From positions 34,472,001-34,536,000 of the forward strand of contig OZ024740.1 in the NCBI GenBank assembly GCA_964016885.1: a DNA stretch of 64,000 nucleotides, in the 5' to 3' direction. Below are positions 42,001 to 55,800 of this stretch, one piece after another (position 1 is the stretch's first letter; each line of letters opens with the position of its first letter). This DNA is from Eledone cirrhosa (lineage: Eukaryota). Both the position numbers and the translations under genes were made by a program. Below the pieces are notes generated by a model. That model was given only the letters and a program-made list of their open reading frames with translations. It searched no databases and was not told where the DNA came from.

Positions 42001-45000
42001 CGACAGTTAGAGGTAAGTTGTTGTCGTTTAACAGACGTCAGTTAGATGTAAGGTGTTGTGGTTTAATAGGTGACAGTTAGATGTAAGGTGTTGTGGTTTA
42101 ACAGGTGACAGTTAGATGTAAGGTGTTGTGGTTTAACAGGCGACAGTGAGATTTAAGGTGTTGTGGTTTAACAGGTGACAGTTCAGATGTAAGGTGTTGT
42201 GGTTTAACAGACGACAGTTAGATGTAAGGTGTTGTATTTCAACAGGCGACAGTTAGATGTAAGGTGTTGTGGTTTAACAGGTGCCAGTTGTATGTAAGTT
42301 GTGGTTTAACAGGCGACAGTTAGATGTATGGTGTTGTGGTTTAACAGGCGACAGTTAGATGTAAGGTGTTGTGGTTTAACAGACGTCAGTTAGATGTAAG
42401 GTGTTGTGGTTTAACAGCCGACAGTTAGATGTAAGGTGTAGTGGTTTAACAGACGACAGTTTGATGTAAGGTGTAGTGGTTTACCAGACGACAGTTAGAT
42501 GACAGGTGTAGTGGTTTAACAGACGACAGTTAGATCAAAAGTGTTGTGGTTTAACAGACGACAGTTAGATGTAAGGTTTAGTGGTTTAACAGGTGACAGT
42601 TAGATGTAAGGTGTTGTGGTTTAACAGACGACAGTTAGATGTAAGGTGTAGTGGTTTAACAGACGACAGTTACGTGTAAGGTGTAGTGGTTTAACAGGTG
42701 ACAGTTAGATGTAAGGTGTAGTGGTTTAACAGACAACAGTTAGATGTAAGGTGTTGTGGTTTAACAGGCAACAGTTAGATGTAATGTGCTGTGGTTTAAC
42801 AGGCAAAAGTTAGATGTAAGGTGTTGTGGTTTGACAGGTGACAGTTCAGATGTAAGGTGTAGAGGTTTAACAGACGACAGTTAAATGTAAGGTGTTGTGG
42901 TTTAACAGGTGATAGTTAGATGTAAGGTGTAGTGGTTTAACAGACGGCAGTTAGATATAAGGTGTAGTGGTTTAATAGGCGACAGTTAGATGTAAGGTGT
43001 TGCGGTTTAACAGGAGACAGTTAGATATAAGGTGTAGTGGTTTAACAGGCGACAGTGAGATTTAAGGTGTTGTGGTTTAACAGGTGACAGTTCAGATGTA
43101 AGGTGTTGTGGTTTAACAGACGACAGTTAGATGTAAGGTGTTGTATTTCAACAGGCGACAGTTAGATGTAAGGTGTTGTGGTTTAAAAGGTGACAGTTGT
43201 ATGTAAGTTGTGGCTTAACAGGCGACAGTTAGATGTATGGTGTTGTGGTTTAACAGGCGACAGTTAGATGTAAGATGTTGTGGTTTAACAGATGACAGTT
43301 TGATATAAGGTGTAGTGGTTTAACAGACGACAGTTATATGAAAGGTGTACTGGTTTAACAGACGACAGTTAGATCAAAAGTGTTGTGGTTTAACAGACGA
43401 CAGTTAGATATAAGGTGTTGTGGTTGAAAACGTGACAGTTAGATGTAAGGTGTTGTGGTTTAACAGGCGACACTTACGTGTAAGGTGTAGTGGTTTAACA
43501 GGTGACAGTTAGATGTAAGGTGTAGTGGTTTAACAGACAACAGTTAGATGTAAGGTGTTGTGGTTTAACAGGCAACAGTTAGATGTAATGTGCTGTGGTT
43601 TAACAGGCAGAGTTACATGTAAGGTGTTGTGGTTTAACAGGTGACAGTTCAGATGTAAGGTGTAGAGGTTTAACAGACGACAGTTAAATGTAAGGTGTAG
43701 TGGTTTAATACGCGACAATTAGATGTAAGGTGTTGCGGTTTAACAGGCGACAGTTAGATGTAAAGTGTAGTGGTTTAACAGGCGACAGTTAGATGTAAGG
43801 TGTAGTGGTTTAATGGGACACAGTTAGATGTAAGGTTTTGTGGTTTAACAGGCGACAGTTAGATGTAAGGTGTGGTTTAACAGGTGACAGTTAGATGTAA
43901 GGTGTTGTGGTTTAACAGGGGACAGTTAGATGTAAGGTGTTGTGGTTCAACAGACGAGAGTTAAATGTAAGGTGTTGTCGTTTAACAGGCGACAGTTAGA
44001 GGTAAGGTGTTGTCGTTTAACAGACGTCAGTTAGATGTAAGGTGTTGTGGTTTAACAGGTGACAGTTAGATGTAAGGTGTTGTGGTTTAACAGGTGACAG
44101 TTAGATGTAAGGTGTTGTGGTTTAACAGGCGACAGTGAGAGTTAAGGTGTTGTGGTTTAACAGGTGACAGTTCAGATGTAAGGTGTTCTGGTTTAACAGA
44201 CGACAGTTAGATGTAAGGTGTTGTGTTTCAACAGGCGACAGTTAGATGTAAGGTGTTGTGGTTTAACAGGTGACAGTTGTATGTAAGATGTGGTTTAACA
44301 GGCGACAGTTAGATGTATGGTGTTGTGGTTTCACGGGCGACAGTTAGATGTAAGGTGTTGTGGTTTAACAGACGTCAGTTAGATGTAAGGTGTTGTGGTT
44401 CAACAGACGAGGGTTAAATGTAAGGTGTAGTGGTTTAACAGGCGACAGTTAGATGTAAGTTGTAGTGGTTTTACAGGTGACAGTTAGATGTAAGGTGTTG
44501 TGGTTTAACAGGCGACAGTTAGATGTAAGGTGTAGTGGTTTAACAGACGACAGTTAGATGTAAGGTGTTGTGGTTTAACAGGCAACAGTTAGATGTAATG
44601 TGCTGTGGTTTAACAGGCGACAGTTAGATGTAATGTGTTGTGGTTTAACAGGCAACAGTTAGATGTAAGGTGTAGTGGTTCAACAGACGACAGTTAAATG
44701 TAGGGTGTTGTGTTTTAACAGGCGACAGTCAGATGTATGGTGTTGTGGTTCAACAGGCGACAGTTAGATGTAAGGTGTTGTGGTTTAATAGAGGGCAGTT
44801 AGATGTAAGGTGCAGTGGTTTAATAGGCGACAGTTAGATGTAAGGTGTTTCGGTTTAACAGACGACAGTTAGATGTAAGGTGTAGTGGTTTATCAGGCGA
44901 CAGTTAGATGTAAGATGTTGTGGTTTAACAGACGACAGTTAGATGTAAGGTGTAGTGGTTTAACCGGCGACAGTTAGATGTAAGGTGTAGTGGTTTAACA

Positions 45001-48000
45001 GGCGACAGTTAGATGTAAGGTGTTGTGGTTTAACAGAGGACAGTTAGATGTAAGTTGTTGTGGTTTAACAGACAACAGTTAGATGTAAGGTGTTGTGGTT
45101 TAACAGGCGACAGTTAGATGTAAGTTGTAGTGGTTTAACAGGCGACAGTTAGATGTAAGGTGTTGTAGTTTAACAGACGACAGTTAGATGTAAGGTGTAG
45201 TGGTTTAACAGACGACAGTTAGATGTAAGGTGTAGTGGTTTAACAGGCGACAGTTAGATGTAAGGTGTTGTGGTTTAACAGACGACAGTTAGATGTAAGG
45301 TGTAGTGGTTTAACAGGCGACAGTAAGATGTAAGGTGTTGTGGTTTAACAGGCGACAGTTAGATGTAAGGTGTTGTGATTTAACAGGCGACAGTTAGATG
45401 TAAGGTGTAGTGGTTTATCAGGCGACAGTTAGATGTAAGGTGTAGTGGTTTATCAGGCGAAGTTAGATGTAAGGTATAGTGGTTTAATAGGCGACAGTTA
45501 GATGTAAGGAGTTGCGGTTTAACAGGCGTCAGTTAGATGTAAAGTGTAGTGGTTTAACAGGCGACAGTTAGATGTAAGGTGTAGTGGTTTAATAGGCGAC
45601 AGTTAGATGTAAGGTGCTGCAATTTAACAGGCGACAGTTAGATGGAAGGTGTTGTGGTTTAACAGGTGACAGTTAGATGTAAGGTGCAGTGGTTTACTAG
45701 GCGACAGTTAGATGTAAGGTGCTGCAGTTTAACAGGCGACAGTTAGATGTAAGGTGTTGTGGTTTAACAGACGACAGTTAGATGTAAGGTGTAGTGGTTT
45801 AACCGGCGACAGTTAGATGTAAGGTGTTGTGGTTTAACAGGCGACAGTTAGATGTAAGGTGTAGTGGTTTAACAGACGACAGTTAGATGTAAGGTGTAGT
45901 GGTTTAACAGGGGACAGTTAGATGTAAGGTGTAGTGGTTTAACAGGCGACAGTTAGATGTAAGGTCTTGTGGTTTAACAGGCGACAGTTAGATGTGAGGT
46001 GTAGCGGTTTAACAGGCGACCGTTAGATGTAAGTTGTAGTGGTTTAACAGGCAACAGTTAGATGTAAGGTGTTGTGGTTTAACAGGCAACAGTTAGATGT
46101 AATGTGCTGTGGTTTAACAGGCGACAGTTAGATGTAATGTGTTGTGGTTTAACAGGCAACAGTTAGATGTAAGGTGTAGTGGTTCAACAGACGACAGTTA
46201 AATGTAAGGTGTTGTGTTTTAACAGGCGACAGTCAGATGTAAGGTGTTGTGGTTCAACAGGCGACAGTTAGATGTAAGGTGTTGTGGTTTAACAGGTGAG
46301 AGTTAGATATAAGGTGTAGTGGTTCAACAGACGACAGTAAAAATGTAAGGTGTTGTGGTTTAACAGGCGACAGTTAGATGTAAGGTGTAGTGGTTTAACA
46401 GGCGACAGTTAGATGTAAGGTGTAGTGGTTTAACAGACGACAGTTAGATGTAAGGTGTTGTGGTTTAACAGACGATAGTTAGATGTAAGATGTAGTGGTT
46501 TAACAGACGACAGTTAGATGTAAGGTGTTGTGGTTTAACAGGTGACAGTTAGATGTAAGGTGTTGTGGTTTAACAGGCGACAGTTAGATGTAAGGTGTAG
46601 TGGTTTAACAGGCGACAGTTAGATGTAAGTTGTAGTGGTTTAACAGGCGACAGTTAGATGTAAGGTGTTGTGGTTTAACAGACGATAGTTAGATGTAAGA
46701 TGTAGTGGTTTAACAGACGACAGTTAGATGTAAGGTGTTGTGGTTTAACAGGTGACAGTTAGATGTAAGGTGTTTTGGTTTAACAGGCGACAGTCAGATT
46801 TAAGGCGTTGTGGATTAACAGGTGACAGTTCAGATGTAAGGTGTAGTGGTTTAACAGGCGACAGTTAGATGTAATGTGTAGTGGTTTAACAGGCAACAGT
46901 TAGATGTAAGGTGTAGTGGTTTAACAGACGACAGTTACGTGTAAGGTGTAGTGGTTTAACAGGCGACAGTTAGATGTAAGGTGTTGTGGTTTAACAGACG
47001 AGAGTTAGATGTAAGGTGTAGTGGTTCAACAGACGACAGTTAAATGTAAGGTGTTGTGGTTTAACAGGTGATAGTTAGATGTAAGGTGTAGTGGTTTAAC
47101 AGACGGCAGTTAGATGTAAGGTGTAGTGGTTTAATAGGCGACAGTTAGATGTAAGGTGTTGCGGTTAACAGGAGACAGTTAGATGTAAGGTGTAGTGGTT
47201 TATCAGGCGAAGTTAGATGTAAGGTGTAGTGGTTTAATAGGCGACAGTTAGATGTAAGGTGTTGCGGTTAACAGGAGACAGTTAGATGTAAGGTGTAGTG
47301 GTTTATCAGGCAACAGTTAGATGTAAGGTGTAGTGGTTTAACAGACGACAGTTACGTGTAAGGTGTAGTGGTTTAACAGGCGACAGTTAGATGTAAGGTG
47401 TTGTGGTTTAACAGACGAGAGTTAGATGTAAGGTGTAGTGGTTCAACAGACGACAGTTAAATGTAAGGTGTTGTGGTTTAACAGGCGACAGTTAGAGGTA
47501 AGTTGTTGTCGTTTAACAGACGTCAGTTAGATGTAAGGTGTTGTGGTTTAATAGGTGACAGTTAGATGTAAGGTGTTGTGGTTTAACAGGTGACAGTTAG
47601 ATGTAAGGTGTTGTGGTTTAACAGGCGACAGTGAGATTTAAGGTGTTGTGGTTTAACAGGTGACAGTTCAGATGTAAGGTGTTGTGGTTTAACAGACGAC
47701 AGTTAGATGTAAGGTGTTGTATTTCAACAGGCGACAGTTAGATGTAAGGTGTTGTGGTTTAACAGGTGCCAGTTGTATGTAAGTTGTGGTTTAACAGGCG
47801 ACAGTTAGATGTATGGTGTTGTGGTTTAACAGGCGACAGTTAGATGTAAGGTGTTGTGTTTTAACAGACGTCAGTTAGATGTAAGGTGTTGTGGTTTAAC
47901 AGCCGACAGTTAGATGTAAGGTGTAGTGGTTTAACAGACGACAGTTTGATGTAAGGTGTAGTGGTTTACCAGACGACAGTTAGATGACAGGTGTAGTGGT

Positions 48001-51000
48001 TTAACAGACGACAGTTAGATCAAAAGTGTTGTGGTTTAACAGACGACAGTTAGATGTAAGGTTTAGTGGTTTAACAGGTGACAGTTAGATGTAAGGTGTT
48101 GTGGTTTAACAGACGACAGTTAGATGTAAGGTGTAGTGGTTTAACAGACGACAGTTACGTGTAAGGTGTAGTGGTTTAACAGGTGACAGTTAGATGTAAG
48201 GTGTAGTGGTTTAACAGACAACAGTTAGATGTAAGGTGTTGTGGTTTAACAGGCAACAGTTAGATGTAATGTGCTGTGGTTTAACAGGCAAAAGTTAGAT
48301 GTAAGGTGTTGTGGTTTGACAGGTGACAGTTCAGATGTAAGGTGTAGAGGTTTAACAGACGACAGTTAAATGTAAGGTGTTGTGGTTTAACAGGTGATAG
48401 TTAGATGTAAGGTGTAGTGGTTTAACAGACGGCAGTTAGATATAAGGTGTAGTGGTTTAATAGGCGACAGTTAGATGTAAGGTGTTGCGGTTTAACAGGA
48501 GACAGTTAGATATAAGGTGTAGTGGTTTAACAGGCGACAGTGAGATTTAAGGTGTTGTGGTTTAACAGGTGACAGTTCAGATGTAAGGTGTTGTGGTTTA
48601 ACAGACGACAGTTAGATGTAAGGTGTTGTATTTCAACAGGCGACAGTTAGATGTAAGGTGTTGTGGTTTAACAGGTGACAGTTGTATGTAAGTTGTGGCT
48701 TAACAGGCGACAGTTAGATGTATGGTGTTGTGGTTTAACAGGCGACAGTTAGATGTAAGATGTTGTGGTTTAACAGATGACAGTTTGATATAAGGTGTAG
48801 TGGTTTAACAGACGACAGTTATATGAAAGGTGTACTGGTTTAACAGACGACAGTTAGATCAAAAGTGTTGTGGTTTAACAGACGACAGTTAGATATAAGG
48901 TGTTGTGGTTGAAAACGTGACAGTTAGATGTAAGGTGTTGTGGTTTAACAGGCGACACTTACGTGTAAGGTGTAGTGGTTTAACAGGTGACAGTTAGATG
49001 TAAGGTGTAGTGGTTTAACAGACAACAGTTAGATGTAAGGTGTTGTGGTTTAACAGGCAACAGTTAGATGTAATGTGCTGTGGTTTAACAGGCAGAGTTA
49101 CATGTAAGGTGTTGTGGTTTAACAGGTGACAGTTCAGATGTAAGGTGTAGAGGTTTAACAGACGACAGTTAAATGTAAGGTGTAGTGGTTTAATAGGCGA
49201 CAATTAGATGTAAGGTGTTGCGGTTTAACAGGCGACAGTTAGATGTAAAGTGTAGTGGTTTAACAGGCGACAGTTAGATGTAAGGTGTAGTGGTTTAATG
49301 GGACACAGTTAGATGTAAGGTGTTGTGGTTTAACAGGCGACAGTTAGATGTAAGGTGTGGTTTAACAGGTGACAGTTAGATGTAAGGTGTTGTGGTTTAA
49401 CAGGGGACAGTTAGATGTAAGGTGTTGTGGTTCAACAGACGAGAGTTAAATGTAAGGTGTTGTCGTTTAACAGGCGACAGTTAGAGGTAAGGTGTTGTCG
49501 TTTAACAGACGTCAGTTAGATGTAAGGTGTTGTGGTTTAACAGGTGACAGTTAGATGTAAGGTGTTGTGGTTTAACAGGTGACAGTTAGATGTAAGGTGT
49601 TGTGGTTTAACAGGCGACAGTGAGAGTTAAGGTGTTGTGGTTTAACAGGTGACAGTTCAGATGTAAGGTGTTCTGGTTTAACAGACGACAGTTAGATGTA
49701 AGGTGTTGTGTTTCAACAGGCGACAGTTAGATGTAAGGTGTTGTGGTTTAACAGGTGACAGTTGTATGTAAGATGTGGTTTAACAGGCGACAGTTAGATG
49801 TATGGTGTTGTGGTTTCACGGGCGACAGTTAGATGTAAGGTGTTGTGGTTTAACAGACGTCAGTTAGATGTAAGGTGTTGTGGTTCAACAGACGAGGGTT
49901 AAATGTAAGGTGTAGTGGTTTAACAGGCGACAGTTAGATGTAAGTTGTAGTGGTTTTACAGGTGACAGTTAGATGTAAGGTGTTGTGGTTTAACAGACGG
50001 CAGTTACGTGTAAGGTGTAGTGGTTTAACAGACGGCAGTTACGTGTAAGGTGTAGTGGTTTAACAGGTGACAGTTAGATGTAAGTTGTAGTGGTTTAACA
50101 GGCAACAGTTAGATGTAAGGTGTAGTGGTTTAACCGGCGACAGTTAGATGTAAGGTGTTGTGGTTTAACAGAGGACAGTTAGATGTAAGGTGTTGTGGTT
50201 TAACAGACGACAGTTAGATGTAAGGTGTTGTGGTTTAACAGGCGACAGTTAGATATAAGGTGTAGTGGTTTAACCAGCAACAGTTAGATGTAAGTTGTAG
50301 TGGTTTAAAAGGCAACAGTTAGATGTAAGGTGTAGTGGTTCAACAGACGACAGTTAGATGTAAGGTGTTGTGTTTTAACAGGCGACAGTCAGATGTAAGG
50401 TGTTGTGGTTCAACAGGCGACAGTTAGATGTAAGGTGTTGTGGATTAACAGGTGAGAGTTAGATGTAAGGTGTAGAGGTTAAACAGACGACAGTTAGATG
50501 TAAGGCGTTGTGGTGTAACAGGCGACAGTTATATGTAAGGTGTGGTGGTTCAACAGACGACAGTTAAATGTAAGGTGTTGTGTTTTAACAGGCGACAGTC
50601 AGATGTAAGGTGTTGTGGTTTAACAGGTGATAGTTAGATGTAAGGTGTAGTTCTTTAATAGACGGCAGTTAGATGTAAGGTGCAGTGGTTTAATAGGCGA
50701 CAGTTAGATGTAAGGTGTTGCGGTTTAACAGGCGAGAGTTAGATGTAAGGTGTAGTGGTTTAACAGGTGACAGTTAGATGTAAGGTGTAGTGGTTTAATA
50801 GGCGAAAGTTAGATGTAAAGTGTTGCAGTTTAACAGGCGACAGTTAGATGTAAGGTGTAGTGGTTTAACAGAGGACAGTTAGATGTAAGGATGTTGTGGT
50901 TTAACAGACAACAGTTAGATGTAAGGTGTTGTGGTTTAACAGGGAACAGTTAGATGTAAGTTGTAGTGGTTTAACAGGCGACAGTTAGATGTAAGGTGTT

Positions 51001-54000
51001 GTAGTTTAACAGACGACAGTTAGATGTAAGGTGTAGTGGTTTAACAGACGACAGTTAGATGTATGGTGTAGTGGTTTAACCGGCGACAGTTAGATGTAAG
51101 GTGTTGTGGTTTAACAGGCGACAGTTAGATGTAAGGTGTAGTGGTTTAACAGACGACAGTTAGATGTAAGGTGTTGTGGTTTAACAGGCAACAGTTAGAT
51201 GTAATGTGCTGTGGTTTAACAGAGGACAGTTAGATGTAAGGTGTTGTGGTTTAACAGACAACAGTTAGATGTAAGGTGTTGTGGTTTAACAGGCGACAGT
51301 TAGATGTAAGTTGTAGTGGTTTAACAGGCGACAGTTAGATGTAAGGTGTTGTAGTTTAACAGACGACAGTTAGATGTAAGGTGTAGTGGTTTAACAGACG
51401 ACAGTTAGATGTAAGGTGTAGTGGTTTAACAGGCGACAGTTAGATGTAAGGTGTTGTGGTTTAACAGACGACAGTTAGATGTAAGGTGTAGTGGTTTAAC
51501 AGGCGACAGTAAGATGTAAGGTGTTGTGGTTTAACAGGCGACAGTTAGATGTAAGGTGTTGTGATTTAACAGGCGACAGTTAGATGTAAGGTGTAGTAGT
51601 TTATCAGGCGACAGTTAGATGTAAGGTGTAGTGGTTTATCAGGCGAAGTTAGATGTAAGGTATAGTGGTTTAATAGGCGACAGTTAGATGTAAGGAGTTG
51701 CGGTTTAACAGGCGTCAGTTAGATGTAAAGTGTAGTGGTTTAACAGGCGACAGTTAGATGTAAGGTGTAGTGGTTTAATAGGCGACAGTTAGATGTAAGG
51801 TGCTGCAATTTAACAGGCGACAGTTAGATGGAAGGTGTTGTGGTTTAACAGGTGACAGTTAGATGTAAGGTGCAGTGGTTTACTAGGCGACAGTTAGATG
51901 TAAGGTGCTGCAGTTTAACAGGCGACAGTTAGATGTAAGGTGTTGTATTTTAACAGACGACAGTTAGATGTAAGGTGTAGTGGTTTAACCGGCGACAGTT
52001 AGATGTAAGGTGTTGTGGTTTAACAGGCGACAGTTAGATGTAAGGTGTAGTGGTTTAACAGACGACAGTTAGATGTAAGGTGTAGTGGTTTAACAGGGGA
52101 CAGTTAGATGTAAGGTGTAGTGGTTTAACAGGCGACAGTTAGATGTAAGGTCTTGTGGTTTAACAGGCGACAGTTAGATGTGAGGTGTAGCGGTTTAACA
52201 GGCGACCGTTAGATGTAAGTTGTAGTGGTTTAACAGGCAACAGTTAGATGTAAGGTGTTGTGGTTTAACAGGCAACAGTTAGATGTAATGTGCTGTGGTT
52301 TAACAGGCGACAGTTAGATGTAATGTGTTGTGGTTTAACAGGCAACAGTTAGATGTAAGGTGTAGTGGTTCAACAGACGACAGTTAAATGTAAGGTGTTG
52401 TGTTTTAACAGGCGACAGTCAGATGTAAGGTGTTGTGGTTCAACAGGCGACAGTTAGATGTAAGGTGTTGTGGTTTAACAGGTGAGAGTTAGATATAAGG
52501 TGTAGTGGTTCAACAGACGACAGTAAAAATGTAAGGTGTTGTGGTTTAACAGGCGACAGTTAGATGTAAGGTGTAGTGGTTTAACAGGCGACAGTTAGAT
52601 GTAAGGTGTAGTGGTTTAACAGACGACAGTTAGATGTAAGGTGAAGTGGTTTAACAGGCGACAGTTAGATGTAAGGTGTTGTGGTTTAACAGGCGACAGT
52701 TAGATGTAAGGTGTAGTGGTTTAACAGGCGACAGTTAGATGTAAGTTGTAGTGGTTTAACAGGCGACAGTTAGATGTAAGGTGTTGTGGTTTAACAGACG
52801 ATAGTTAGATGTAAGATGTAGTGGTTTAACAGACGACAGTTAGATGTAAGGTGTTGTGGTTTAACAGGTGACAGTTAGATGTAAGGTGTTTTGGTTTAAC
52901 AGGCGACAGTCAGATTTAAGGCGTTGTGGATTAACAGGTGACAGTTCAGATGTAAGGTGTAGTGGTTTAACAGGCAACAGTTAGATGTAAGGTGTAGTGG
53001 TTTAACAGACGACAGTTACGTGTAAGGTGTAGTGGTTTAACAGGCGACAGTTAGATGTAAGGTGTTGTGGTTTAACAGACGAGAGTTAGATCAAAGGTGT
53101 TGTGGTTTAACAGACGACAGTTAGATGTAATGTGCTGTGGTTTAACAGGCGACAGTTAGATGTAATGTGTTGAGGTTTAACAGGCAACAGTTAGATGTAA
53201 GGTGTTGTGGTTTAACAGTTGACAGTTAGATGTAAGGTGTAGAGGTTTAACAGACGACAGTTAGATGTAAGGTATTGTGGTGTAACAGGCGACAGTTAGA
53301 TGTAAGGTGTAGTGGTTCAACAGACGACAGTTAAATGTAAGGTGTTGTGGTTTAACAGGTGATAGTTAGATGTAAGGTGTAGTGGTTTAACAGACGGCAG
53401 TTAGATGTAAGGTGTAGTGGTTTAATAGGCGACAGTTAGATGTAAGGTGTTGCGGTTAACAGGAGACAGTTAGATGTAAGGTGTAGTGGTTTATCAGGCG
53501 AAGTTAGATGTAAGGTGTAGTGGTTTAATAGGCGACAGTTAGATGTAAGGTGTTGCGGTTAACAGGAGACAGTTAGATGTAAGGTGTAGTGGTTTATCAG
53601 GCGAAGTTAGATGTAAGGTGTAGTGGTTCAACAGACGACAGTTAAATGTAAGGTGTTGTGGTTTAACAGGCGACAGTTAGAGGTAAGTTGTTGTCGTTTA
53701 ACAGACGTCAGTTAGATGTAAGGTGTTGTGGTTTAATAGGTGACAGTTAGATGTAAGGTGTTGTGGTTTAACAGGCGACAGTTATATGTAAGGTGTTGTG
53801 GTTTAACAGACGTCAGTTAGATGTAAGGTGTTGTGGTTTAACAGCCGACAGTTAGATGTAAGGTGTAGTGGTTTAACAGACGACAGTTTGATGTAAGGTG
53901 TTGTCGTTTAACAGACGTCAGTTAGATGACAGGTGTAGTGGTTTAACAGACGACAGTTAGATCAAAAGTGTTGTGGTTTAACAGACGACAGTTAGATGTA

Positions 54001-55800
54001 AGGTTTAGTGGTTTAACAGGTGACAGTTACATGTAAGGTGTTGTGGTTTAACAGACGACAGTTAGATGTAAGGTGTAGTGGTTTAACAGACGACAGTTAC
54101 GTGTAAGGTGTAGTGGTTTAACAGGTGACAGTTAGATGTAAGGTGTAGTGGTTTAACAGACAACAGTTAGATGTAAGGTGTTGTGGTTTAACAGGCAAGA
54201 GTTAGATGTAATGTGCTGTGGTTTAACAGGCAAAAGTTAGATGTAAGGTGTTGTGGTTTGACAGGTGACAGTTCAGATGTAAGGTGTAGAGGTTTAACAG
54301 GGGACAGTTAGATGTAAGGGGTTGTGGTTCAACAGACGAGAGTTAAATGTAAGGAGTTGTCGTTTAACAGGCGACAGTTAGAGGTAAGGTGTTGTCGTTT
54401 AACAGACGTCAGTTAGATGTAAGGTGTTGTGGTTTAACAGGGGACAGTTAGATGTAAGGTGTTGTGGTTCAACAGACGAGAGTTAAATGTAAGGTGTTGT
54501 CGTTTAACAGGCGACAGTTAGAGGTAAGGTGTTGTCGTTTAACAGACGTCAGTTAGATGTAAGGTGTTGTGGTTTAACAGACGTCAGTTAGATGTAAGGT
54601 GTTGTGGTTTAACAGACGACAGTTAGATGTAAGGTGTAGTGGTTTAACAGACGACAGTTTGATGTAAGGTGTAGTGGTTTAACAGACGACAGTTAGATGA
54701 AAGGTGTAGTGGTTTAACAGACGACAGTTAGATCAAAAGTGTTGTGGTTTAACAGACGACAGTTAGATGTAAGGTTTAGCGGTTTAACAGGTGACAGTTA
54801 GATGTAAGGTGTTGTGGTTTAACAGACGACAGTTAGATGTAAGGTGTAGTGGTTTAACATACGACAGTTACGTGTAAGGTGTAGTGGTGTAACAGGTGAC
54901 AGTTAGATGTAATGTGTTGTGGTTTAACAGACAACAGTTAGATGTAAGGTGTTGTGGTTTAACAGGCAACAGTTAGATGTAATGTGCTGTGGTTTAACAG
55001 GCAAAAGTTACATGTAAGGTGTTGTGGTTTAACAGGTGACAGTTCAGATGTAAGGTGTAGAGGTTTAACAGACGACAGTTAAATGTAAGGTGTTGTGGTT
55101 TAACAGGTGATAGTTAGATGTAAGGTGTAGTGGTTTAACAGACGGCAGTTAGATGTAAGGTGTAGTGGTTTAATAGGCGACAATTAGATGTAAGGTGTAG
55201 TGGTTTAACAGACGACAGTTAGATGTAAAGTGTAGTGGTTTAACAGGCGACAGTTAGATGTAAGGTGTGGTTTAACAGGTGACAGTTAGATGTAAGGTGT
55301 TGTGGTTTAACAGGGGACAGTTAGATGTAAGGTGTTGTGGTTCAACAGACGAGAGTTAAATGTAAGGTGTTGTCGTTTAACAGACGACAGTTAGAGGTAA
55401 GGTGTTGTCGTTTAACAGACGTCAGTTAGATGTAAGGTCTTGTGGTTTAACAGGTGACAGTTTGATGTAAGGTGTTGTGGTTTAACAGGTGACAGTCAGA
55501 TGTAAGGTGTTGTGGTTTAACAGGCGACAGTGAGATTTAAGGTGTTGTGGTTTAACAGGTGACAGTTCAGATGTAAGGTGTTGTGGTTTAACAGACGACA
55601 GTTAGATGTAAGGTGTTGTGTTTCAACAGGCGACAGTTAGATGTAAGGTGTTGTGGTTTAACAGGTGACAGTTGTATGTAAGATGTGGTTTAACAGGCGA
55701 CAGTTAGATGTATGGTGTTGTGGTTTCACGGGCGACAGTTAGATGTAAGGTGTTGTGGTTTAATAGACGTCAGTTAGATGTAAGGTGTTGTGGTGCAACA
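33100..55800. repeat. About four copies of a variable 5-6 kb higher-order satellite unit
   Basis: Marker GGTCTTGTGG...GTGAGGTGTAGCGG at 35521, 40444, 45963 and 52149. Marker GGTTTTACAGG at 39333, 44467 and 49952. The same spurious 62-aa ORF recurs at 38396, 43530 and 49015 (offsets 5134 and 5485). Confidence 0.88.

Noticed and set aside
38396-49203. Three near-identical 62-aa minus-strand ORFs (38396, 43530, 49015)
   Set aside because: They are chance stop-free stretches of the satellite caused by local indels. A 35-bp unit is not a codon multiple, and they recur only because the block is duplicated.
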